Assembly (NCBI GenBank): GCA_002104905.1
Contig: MCFE01000406.1
Location: 16,489 to 80,488 of the forward strand
Reading direction: 5' to 3'
From: Basidiobolus meristosporus CBS 931.73
Lineage: Eukaryota; Fungi; Basidiobolomycota
DNA length: 64,000 nt
Translations under genes and position numbers: made by a program
Notes under the pieces: generated by a model
What the model saw: the letters and a program-made list of their open reading frames with translations, nothing else
Told to the model about the DNA's origin: nothing
The model's database searches: none
Shown: positions 54,265-64,000 of the stretch, in pieces
How the letters are laid out: the number at the start of each line of letters is the position of its first letter
How positions within the stretch are numbered: position 1 is the stretch's first letter

Positions 54265-54962
54265 TGTGGTGCGTCAAAACTGAAAACATAGCCAATTTTC
54301 CTCAGTTGAAAAATCTAGTGCCCTGACTGATCTTCTGTAACCCAAACATAACTAATCTCAGCCATGGTTTATTTCATCCAGTCTCAGAATCTACTTTAGC
54401 TATAACATCTGATCAATCTTCATATGATCATCACATTATCCTCTGATCTGCCAAGCTTTCCCAGGAAATTAGTACTCCAAGAGCTATTCAACTACCTAGT
54501 AGTTACCAAATCATCAGCTGATTGATGATGTAATTTTCATTAATCTCATGCACCCAACTACACCCAAGTTGATTTCAATTAATCCAGTGTCTTTGCACAT
54601 ACTGATCCAAGTTGATCAGAAAAATATAAATAAAGTTTACCAAGCCTTTTGGCTAAGTATGCGCCTCAACAAAAGTGAGATTGTGTCACAGCAAAAATAA
54701 AAATTCAACAATTCCACTCAGGTTTCTGTCTAAGCCTAGCATGTCTAGCACTCTCAAGAACACCAAGCCTAACCTGCATAGCAAACCAGCTCTGTTGCCT
54801 ATATAGCCAAGCCCATCTATATCTAATACCAATATCAGACTAGAATATTTCTGCTAATATTTTTGCTGCTCCCTGACAATTCTAAGATTTTGCACTTAAA
54901 CATCCCCTTTGTTCACTTAAACCATTTAAGAGACTTATTACACTTTTCTCTTGGATACAACA
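54265..54962. mobile_element. Solo LTR, older copy (698 bp)
   Basis: TGTGG...CAACA ends; aligns end to end with 55627-56323; flanks CTTTA/TTACA do not form a TSD. Confidence 0.8.
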
Positions 54963-55626
54963 TTACAAGCATAAAGCTGAACACATAGATCTTGGCCACT
55001 ACTATATCCACTCTCTACCTTATCTTGCTTGGTGTATGGAGAACATTGGGCCTTGCTTCACCTTTTGGGAACTTCCTGTGGGGCAGATGTAAGGATAAAT
55101 AGGAAGACAAGTCAAATTGCATACACTGCCATATCCAAATTGCATCACAAATATAACCTTCAGGTCTGTTTTAGATGTGATGACTTGACTTATGGAGGAC
55201 AGCCAGGAAGAATTGGAAAATACCAAGGACAGATGTGCACACAGAGACACCTATGCCCTTGGCATTAAGAAGCTAAGCAGCCCCAATGTACAGGTAATCA
55301 TATAAATAATGTAAGGATAGGTTGGACATAATAAGCAACTAATTTTTATTAGGGCAATATTACCCAAGTATGTCAGGTTTCTCCCAGTTACAAGCCAATT
55401 TCTATACATTAAATACAGAATTCACACAAACAAAACCCAGAGCACACCTATAAGGGGGACTAGAATCCAGCAGGGAGTAGGAATGTATTGGCTGAATAAC
55501 AAAAAGTACCTTGCAGATATGCAGGAGATGTATATGGCACAAGTGGTAGCAACCAAGTTTATGCTTGCATGATGCATATATTACCAGCAATACAATGTAA
55601 ATGGCAACTTTGCAAGTGTCACATTG

Positions 55627-56323
55627 TGTTGTGCATCAACATTTAAAACTTAGCCAATTTTACTCCGTTTGAAAATCTAGTACCCTAACTGATTTTCCCT
55701 AACCCAAACATAACAAATCCCAGTTACAGTTTATTTTATCCCACCTCAGAATCTATTTTTAGCTATCACACCTGATCTATTTTCAAATGGCCATTACGTT
55801 ATCAACCTATCTGCCAAGCCTTCCCAGGTGATTAGTCATCTGAGATCTATCCAACCACGGTGCAGTTGCCAAGACATCAGTTGATTGATGATGTAATTTT
55901 CATTTATCTTATGCACCTATGAACACCCAAATTTATCTCAATCAATCCAGTCCCTTGGCGCTTACTAATTCAACTTGATCAGAAAAGTATAAATAAAGTT
56001 TACTGAACCTTTTGGTTTAGTGTGTGTCTCAACAAAATTAAGATTCTGTCTCAGCAAAAATAAGAATCCAACAATTCCGTTCTAGTTTCTATCCAAGCCT
56101 AGTATATCTAGCACTTCAAAGAACACCAAGCCTAGCCTGCCTAGCAAACAAATATCATTGTCTTTATAGCCAACCCAGCTATATCCAAGACCAATATTAG
56201 ATCAGAATCTTTCTGCTAATATTTCCGCCACTCTCTGACAATTCTAAGATTCTGCACTTAATTGTCCCTTTGGTTCAGTTAAACCATTCAAGAGTTTTAT
56301 TACACTTTCTCTTGGATACAACA
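55627..56323. mobile_element. Solo LTR with intact 5-bp target-site duplication (697 bp)
   Basis: TGTTG...CAACA terminal inverted ends flanked by CATTG (55622-55626) and CATTG (56324-56328). Confidence 0.92.
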
Positions 56324-59300
56324 CATTGAAAAGCTGTAAAGTTGAGGTGATAAAAGCATGTCAATTGCAGTTAGTGCAAACATATGTTGAGGTTAGTAGG
56401 CAGGAGGCCATAATTTTTTTGATTCTGGCTATATGTTGAATACCCATGGTAGTAGTTGGCAACCAAATAAAGTGGAGGGACTCTACAGTGGAATATATAA
56501 ATGGCTTAAGGCAAGGTAGAAAAAGCAAATACTACTTGTTAAGATGGTATAGTAGCATTATACAGAACTGGCTGTAGGCTACTTTACTGCTTCTATAATG
56601 CAAACAGAGGTCCACAAAGAGGCCAACAAAGCACCATCAAGTTTGTTACCATATAAGGTAATTGGAGTTATTGGCTGTTTAGGTCTGCTGGTATGAATGA
56701 AGAAAGCATTGAGACCATCAAAAAGCCATGCTATTCTTGCCAAAAGACCATTACAACTGTGAAGTCATAACAACAATACATTTGTCACAAAGGTTCCTCA
56801 AAGACTGACTACTACTTCAAAATCCCCTTAAGTATATCTTAGGATAAACAAGCTGTCAATCTTGAAAGACTCTTGAAGATGTAGGAATTGATTGGGAGAA
56901 TGTGTAGATTGTGTGATTTTTGCTCAATAATATATTAAATGTAAAAGTAGTGTTTTTATTTTTACATGAAGCTGGCCAACCAAGCTTGTAAAATATACCT
57001 AGGAAGGTCCCAAGTGCATGTATGCAAGGTGTTGGGCAGTATGGACAACCTTTAGAATTTTTAGTGAGCCTAATGTTTAGATGAAAATATTCCAAGTAAA
57101 TCCCAACAGGAATTTGGTGAGTATTTTCTAAGATTTGTTGGTAATGCACTGAGTGATAAAGTTAGGTGAGTATTTAGGTGGAATCACAAACTTTTACAGA
57201 ATTTAATTGATGAGGTGGAAATCTAATTTTTCATGATGAGAATATGCTGGTCAATTTCAGTTGGCACATCACTTTGGAAACATCAGAGGATAACCTAGCT
57301 GACTTTACAGTGTTACTTTTATATAAATATATGCTTACATATGTTTATTCATATCAGCATTAATGCTGGCTTAGTACAATCATAATCTAGCATTGTCCAT
57401 CTCTAGCAGATAGTTTTGTAAATATACTGGCAAGCATCTCAACAGTTAGACAGTGAGTTGGCTTGGTCACTTATACACTAGATACCCTGAGAAAACAATC
57501 AAGTTAAGGCTAACACATCAAAATAGTATTCTGCTTGTGGCTTACTGGTATCTCCTAACCAATTTTTCAAGTGTAGGTATCTCTGGAGTCAGCAACTGGA
57601 TTGTCAGCATATTTGGCTTGGTGATTACTTTAACACAATACCTTTTTGGTCACTTATCTAAGGAAAATTGAATTTCTGATGGTTTTGGACCTGCACTCTG
57701 CTGGTGTCTGGTAATTTTTTCATAGAGTAAGGGCTTTACACTTCATGCCAAAGCTCTTTGTTGAGATTTACTTGGAAGATATACATCAGAATGGCAGGTA
57801 CCTTCAGTAAATGGATTCTCAAAGTAGTCCAAAAGCCCTTAATGAGTGACCATGGAGTGTATTTAATAAGTCATAAACTTGGTCTACTCTGTGATCTATT
57901 GCAACTCTACATGACTAAAATATTCAGATGGCTTAGTATTAAGCACATCGGATCAGAATTCCTCAAGGAAATGCGATGGCTTTAACCCAGTGTGAAAAAT
58001 ATCCACAAGCAGATTCTTGGTTTTACTACTACTCAAAATGGGAAATCCTATTTACCATAGCTGATCTTATCATTGAGTCCTACGTGTTTGCTTTGTCAAA
58101 CTGATATTCTGCCTCGCGCTATAGAGTAACGAAGAGCAATCAATGAAAACAATTAATCACCTCGGAAGGGAGAATTAACAACCGGTTCCGGAATCGGTTT
58201 AAATCGTGGCTGACTTGATGTCCTTGTCGTAAACCGGTAGGCGATCAGATTTAATGAAACCGTGCGAATAGGCCACATTGCACGAGAAATCCCTTGACCT
58301 TTCACGAAGTCCGAGGTTTCGACACTTCCTTTTGACGTTTAAGAGTTTAATAATCACAGTTATTATCTTTGCATGCTCATTTTTGACCTTGAATGAGATT
58401 TCCCAGGAGTGAGTGAATAACACTGAGTCAGATATCGCGGTTGGTGTTTGGCGGTGCTGAACCCGTATGGTAGTCATTTGACAAATGCTGATTAGGAATA
58501 ATGTACCCATCGGTGTTTCACCTTTGAACTGGCCGACATCATGAGTCAGGACGAATAGGGTGGGCACCGATACTTTGCTTGACTTCGATCATGTCCATTG
58601 GTGGGCACTCGGTTGAGGTGTTCATTGAATGTAAGCTGAAGGACTCCAACTTCTCTCTGTATGGTACTTGTTGTTTGGTGATCTCGTCTTGCATGCAAAG
58701 TTGGTCCGTGGTACAAACCGTACAGGTTCAATCTGATCATGATGCCACAATAGCTGCTCAATTCCAGTGAAGATTATCACTGATCATGACGATCGAGCTC
58801 GGAAACTTCGACAAAATAGTGGAAAACTGTCGGTTCACCAAGAACACTTGTGTGCACCTATTGACAAAAGCGATACTTCAACAGTTTATTGGCTTACACC
58901 TGTTTAGAGCCTGACCTTTTGGTTACTTGGGTAGCGCTATCAGAGGCACTGGGCTATTGATAATTTGCCCTCGAAGATAGCGCATTCCAGCTATTCACTT
59001 GGAAATCGATGTATCATAGTGATGTCAATATATGAGGGATTTAAATAAGCGTTCTTACAATAGCATTGCTTGAGTTTTGTATCCCCAGCCAATATGAAAT
59101 CAAGAAGATAGAGTCATCACCCAGGTTTAAGTACGAATGAGTGACATGTAACTTTGAAGGCCACATATGGGTGCCAGTTTTCCCATGATTCCTAAATAAG
59201 GGAGCCCAAATTACCTCGCACCACAATAGCTTTATTAGGCGAACATCATATCTTAGATTGAAGATCAAATTCCATACACACTATTGTGGTCATGTGCAGT

Positions 59301-59575
59301 AAACCTCAATTGCATTGTATTTTTGAGTGCTCAAAGCCAAGATAAAAGTGATTTCTCACGTAAAAGTCTGACTAATGGTTGTATTCTGGTTTAGATAGAT
59401 AATCCTAGAATAGCAATGATGCAAATATACATGCTATCCAATTTGAAATTCCCAACACATTATGGTGCAGGCTAAGACCTAAACATCCTCGCATGCATCA
59501 TGACCTGGTATTTAAGCGACAACGTTTGCCCTCTGGTCAACAAAAGTGCTTTTGTCATCTCTTTGCAGCTTCAAC

Positions 59576-61471
59576 ATGGCCGATGAAAAAGCTCAGCTCC
59601 CCATAGGTGCCTTGTATGTGGAGAAAGGCTACGAGAATGACTTTCGCCCTGACCCAGCTGCCGAAAAGGCGTTAGTTAGGAAGCTGGATAGGCGCTTAAT
59701 CCCCTTCCTTGCACTACTATATCTTTGCTCCTTTCTGGATCGTGTGAATATAGGTATGAGATTGTTTCTTTGATCCTGATAAGCAACCTGAGTAATCAAG
59801 CTCTCCTGACTGCCAATAGGTAATGCAAAACTTGCCCATATTGACCAAGACCTCGCACTTACTGGAGCCGAATACAATTGGTCACTCTCCATATTTTTTA
59901 TCGGATATGTAGGTAGTCTTTGAACTAATGCATTGTTCTCACAAAGTTCTAATGTCTATCCTTGTAATATCAGGTCCTTTTCGAAGTGTAAGATATCGAG
60001 CACATTACGTATGATATAGTTGCCTAAACTAACTGCGCCAACTTTAAAGGCCTTCTAATATTATGCTCAAGAAAATTGGCCCTTCAAGATGGATTCCAAT
60101 TGTAATGATATCATGGGCGATTGTAATGATGTGCATGGCTGCTGTTAGCAATGCAACAGGTCTTCTAACGTCAAGGTTTTTCTTGGGGTTGACCGAGGGT
60201 ATGTTGAATACAAGGTTAGCATTTGAAGCGCTAATTCATTAATAATTCCTCTTCAGCTGGCCTGTTTCCTGGTGTAATCTTCTATCTCTCCTTATGGTAT
60301 ACACGTCAAGAGCAGGCGTTTCGCATCGCATTGTTTTTTGGAGCCGCCACAATTGCTGGTGCCTTCGGGGGGTGTTGGCCTATGGGATTATTCAAATGAC
60401 GGGTTGCAAAACTTGACCGGCTGGCAATGGATATTCATCATTGAGTAAGTGAAGAACCATACCTCCACGATTCAGTGAAACAAATATTAACTTGACGCTT
60501 GGATTTTCAGAGGCATACCAACATTAGTGCTTGCTTTCGTATCATACTTCTATCTTCCAGACTTCCCAGAGACCGCATCATTCCTCACGGAAGATGAACG
60601 TCGATTGCTGATGGCACGGCTCAAGCATGATGCAGGTGCTGCATCAGAAACTGAATTCTCTTGGAAGCAATTCAAAGATGGCTTTATCGACTGGAAGATT
60701 TACTTGCATATGGTTGTCTACATATGCGGATCAACTCCATTGTATAGCTTGAGCTTATTCTTGCCAAGTATCGTAAGCGGGATGGGATTCACCAGCCTTA
60801 CAGCCCAGCTCATGTCTGCTCCTCCTTATGCCGTTGCCTGTGCCTTCACTATTCTCGTATCCTCCATGCTGATCGGAAGAAGGAGCGTGGGTTCCATATT
60901 GCCACTTTGGATGTTTATTGGGATGATAGGTTACCTGTTGCTCATTGTACTTAGACATCATGGATCAACAGCACTATATATTTCGGCAATTATTACGAAC
61001 ACCGGAGTATTTGCAAATATTCCTAGTATGCTGTCGTGGTTCACCAACAATATCGGTGGCCATACCAAGAGGGCAGTAGCATCTGCTCTCATCATCTCGT
61101 TTCGGTAACATTGGCGGAGCGTTAGGAGGCCAGGTAAATTCAATATTTAGCAATTCAATCCTTGGAATCCCGTGCTCACCAGTTCTGTTGTTGAAAGATC
61201 TACAGAGCGATGATGGTCCATATTACCCGCGTGGCCATGCTATTTGCTTGGTTGCATGGCTCTTGGCTGGGTAACCGCATGGTGTTCAAATGGCTATTGA
61301 TTCGTGAAAACAAGCGACGTGATAATTTGACCACTGAACAGTATGAAAAGGAGAGTAGATGTTATTGAGCCAGCCGATTGGGTACGTTTCTTAAGAATCC
61401 CTTGTCACTAGGATTATCATTAAGATATCCATTTATATATATAGCATCCAGATTTCCGTTACATCTCATAA
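59576..61471 (+). pseudogene. Intron-rich Dal5/Tna1-like MFS transporter with multiple single-base frameshifts (pseudogene or uncorrected long-read errors)
   Basis: RKLDRRLIPFLALLYLCSFLDRVNIG|NAKL..; VLFEV|PSN; EAGLFPG; HPDFRYIS*. The frame breaks at ~60367-60372, ~60397, ~60862, ~60909, ~61100 and several points in the last exons. Confidence 0.8.
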
Positions 61472-62604
61472 TTACATCCAAAGTTTTGTCAATCTTTGGA
61501 CACTCTGCATAGCGAACTCGTCCATTAATTTTTATTCGTATGTTGTATTAGTGATTGAATAGGTCGGTTTTCAGAACGAAGATCAAGGGCCTAATGGATT
61601 CAGAATGTGCATCACAGTATCAGTCGTATAATGGGTTGTAAGCAACTGCACCAGGGCTTATCCGGATAATGTGACGATTTCATGTATAGTATATACTTAA
61701 TCGCATTTTTGATAGCATCGCTACTTTACATATAAGTGATGTAAATAAATCAGGCTATGCTTGGAGCTGATCTGCAGTAGTGATTAAGTTAGTTCGTTTG
61801 AGTTAGTATGTTGCAACCAAGAAGCGAAACTGGACTTTCTCCAACTATATTTGTGTATGCATTACGTGGATGACTTAGATTTACTGGATTTGATTTGTAT
61901 TGTGGATGCCTATACATATCTGGTCATGGTGAACTACCGGCATGTGATTCATATGGACTAATTTGGCTATACATACCTCTGATTGCACAACTTGCAGCCT
62001 CATTGTTACTCGCAAACCTCTAGTCTTGTGCATTGTTCTAAGGTATTTCAGAATCAAATAACTGAACAACCATTGATCAGATGCTAATGAAATCCCAATT
62101 GCGTATATTTATCTCAAGTAAGTCTCTGAACTATTCTGTGCTGCCATATACACATACTGAAGTGAATTTTGTAATTATACCTGAATATTCACATGGCCAT
62201 GTTGATCACGACCTTCCAATCTTGAAGAATTCTGCCTATATCTTTGATTGGAACTTGGAGATGTTTTGTATGCAGTGTACCAGTTATTTTTGGTAGAATA
62301 ATTTGGGTGGTCTAAAGAGCCCCACAATTTGTACACATGCTCTTGAAACCTTTTCCAACATATTCTATGGGCTTGTTTTGCCAATACCATGTAAAAGTAT
62401 AGATGCAAATTTGAATATCAATATACATGAAGTGAGAACCAGAAAATCTACTTGTATTCCAATCACTACCAATATCTCCAAGAGCCTTAGGAGAAGGGAA
62501 AGTCACCAAGGTGGGTTAAATCTTTGGGGCTAGGGGGGGAGACACTGAGGGGGAGGGAAACAGTCACCAACAGGTGAAATCTTTATTTCAGTTGAAACAA
62601 AGAA

Positions 62605-62629
62605 GGGTTAGGGTTAGGGTTAGGGTTAG
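62605..62629 (+). repeat. Interstitial telomeric tract GGG(TTAGGG)3TTAG
   Basis: Directly visible, same orientation as the terminal array. Confidence 0.95.
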
Positions 62630-62631
62630 CT

Positions 62632-62727
62632 AAACTTTTGGTTTGAAACTTTTTTTGCAAAATATTTTTTAACTTCGATCAAACTTTTGGTTTGAAACTT
62701 TTTTGCAAAATATTTTTAACTTTGACT
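62632..62727. repeat. Tandem duplication of a ~48-bp AT-rich unit containing palindrome TTTTGCAAAA
   Basis: AAACTTTTGGTTTGAAACTTTTTT(T)GCAAAATATTTTT(T)AACTT at 62632 and 62681. Confidence 0.9.
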
Positions 62728-62735
62728 AAACTTTA

Positions 62736-63761
62736 GGGGAGGGAAAGTCACCAAGGTAGGTGAAATCTTTATTTGATTGCAGACAAGTCTAACTACAAAT
62801 AAAGAAGCCAGCTGGGAATAGAAGATTCCCAAAGTAAACACTAAGTTGAATATGAATAAATCTAAGCTAAAGTTAAGGCAGTATCCCAGAGTACACTGGA
62901 ATTCAGGTTCAAGGGGGAGTGAAGTAGATAAGCTTGAGAGATATAATAATCTTTGAGGAAGTGGGTAACAGCAGGTGAAGGGGAGTTTTTGATAAGTGAA
63001 GTGAATCTTGAGAGCAGAGATTCCTCTAATGAGAAGGTCTTGTAAACTGGAGAATCAGGAAACTCTTTAAAGGCATGGTCAGTAGGCTCCCAGTAAAACT
63101 GGTCAGAGACATTTTGAGAGAACTCTGTAGCAATACTTTTGTCAAGTACTACCTCCAGAGTGTGATTGTTGATAAATCTCATGTTAACAATCTTGGATAA
63201 ATTGTAACCTTGTTGCTTGAGATACATCCTATGCTCAGATATAGGAATGAACTCCACATTGGCAAAGTAGCAGACAGCCCAGTCAGTAACAGGAGGCAAA
63301 TCAGAAGTAGCAGGAAACTTTCTTTTAGTCTTGGGAGGAGCAGCAGGATGTCTTGAGGAAGCAGGAACAGGCTTTTTGATAGCTTCAGAGTAGGAAGAGT
63401 GAGCAGGAGCAGATGAATCTTGGGGAGTCTTGTTGACAGGAACAGCTGGCAGAGAGACAATAGATTCTTGCAGATCAGAGAAGGCAGAAAACAGCTTTTG
63501 GACTTGTTTCTTGAGTAAAGCATTTTCAGCTTCAACAAGTGCAAGCCTTTCCTCAAGGAAGGAAATCTGAAGGGAATGGAGTGAAGGCATAAGAAATAAG
63601 AAGAAGAGGGTAAGATGGGGTGGGCGGGTGGCAAAATTAGCAGGGAGAAGAGAAGGAAGGGGCAAAAATTCCAGAAGTCAGAATTTATAGATGGATGGAC
63701 AAGGGTAGATGGATGGATTATTCCTTAGGGGGGAGGAGGAAAGTCACCAAGTGGTGAAATC
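62736..63761 (-). mobile_element. Candidate telomere-associated retroelement unit bounded by ~35-40 bp direct repeats
   Basis: GGGGAGG(G)AAAGTCACCAAG..GGTGAAATCTT at 62736 and 63728, each preceded by TTAG. Encloses an antisense ORF1-like frame; the distal copy runs straight into the telomere. No RT visible. Confidence 0.6.
62862..63590 (-). CDS. ORF1/gag-like nucleic-acid-binding protein (coiled coil, basic linker, RRM-like region)
   Basis: Uninterrupted frame (267 codons from TTG 63665, ATG at 63590): LEERLALVEAENALLKKQVQKL coiled coil; SYSEAIKK; KTKRKF; YFANVEFIPISEHRMYLKQQGYNLSKIVNMRFINNHTLEVVL. Assignment is by architecture only. Confidence 0.6.
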   Translation of the reverse strand: MPSLHSLQISFLEERLALVEAENALLKKQVQKLFSAFSDLQESIVSLPAVPVNKTPQDSSAPAHSSYSEAIKKPVPASSRHPAAPPKTKRKFPATSDLPPVTDWAVCYFANVEFIPISEHRMYLKQQGYNLSKIVNMRFINNHTLEVVLDKSIATEFSQNVSDQFYWEPTDHAFKEFPDSPVYKTFSLEESLLSRFTSLIKNSPSPAVTHFLKDYYISQAYLLHSPLNLNSSVLWDTALTLA

Positions 63762-64000
63762 TTAGGGTTAGGGTTAGGGTTAGGGTTAGGGTTAGGGTTA
63801 GGGTTAGGGTTAGGGTTAGGGTTAGGGTTAGGGTTAGGGTTAGGGTTAGGGTTAGGGTTAGGGTTAGGGTTAGGGTTAGGGTTAGGGTTAGGGTTAGGGT
63901 TAGGGTTAGGGTTAGGGTTAGGGTTAGGGTTAGGGTTAGGGTTAGGGTTAGGGTTAGGGTTAGGGTTAGGGTTAGGTTAGGGTTAGGGTTAGGGTTAGGT
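63762..64000 (+). repeat. Telomere (TTAGGG)n, about 40 units, G-rich strand running toward the end
   Basis: Continuous TTAGGG array to the end of the window, with one TTAGG variant at 63972-63976. Confidence 0.99.

Noticed and set aside
54265-56323. The two LTRs as ends of one small TRIM-like element
   Set aside because: The second LTR has its own TSD, the copies are well diverged, and no PBS or PPT is adjacent.
50300-58900. Telomere-linked RecQ helicase or reverse transcriptase remnants, including ORF 58199-58567
   Set aside because: No helicase (DEAH, Walker A) or RT (YxDD) motif found by eye; a sensitive translated HMM search could still find decayed pieces.
62545-62585. Hammerhead ribozyme in the junction motif (stem followed by GAAA)
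   Set aside because: The required CUGANGA core is missing on both strands.
63972-63976. Single TTAGG variant in the telomere
   Set aside because: Most likely a read error, as nearby sequence also shows single-base indels.

Overview
64 kb right arm end of a chromosome from an intron-containing fungus, ending in a (TTAGGG)n telomere on the + strand. Short GT-AG introns, a velvet gene, a Zn2Cys6 factor, complex I subunit NDUFB7 and MscL suggest an early-diverging filamentous lineage (inference). Bases 1-40 kb are gene-dense: MscL, B-type cyclin, MnmE/Mss1 GTPase, MFS transporter, GNAT, PhyH dioxygenase, Zn2Cys6 TF, MFS, ALKBH1, a Ser/Thr-rich GPI protein, RidA, RPL11, NDUFB7, a TBC Rab-GAP, GH47 mannosidase, an orphan gene, a bacterial-type beta-helix enzyme, ARF6 and an aquaglyceroporin. 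At 40.7-49.7 kb an intact, spliced VosA-like velvet gene lies between two near-identical ~1.5 kb inverted repeats, with no TSD or transposase visible (candidate invertible cassette or gene-capturing element). From ~51 to 58 kb the DNA is strongly CpG-depleted subtelomeric debris with two solo LTRs and a pseudogene. A CpG-normal island (58-62 kb) holds an MFS gene broken by single-base indels. The last 1.5 kb holds an interstitial telomere tract and a direct-repeat-bounded, antisense ORF1/gag-like unit fused to the telomere (candidate telomere-associated retroelement). Exon boundaries were read by eye; coordinates are gene spans including introns.
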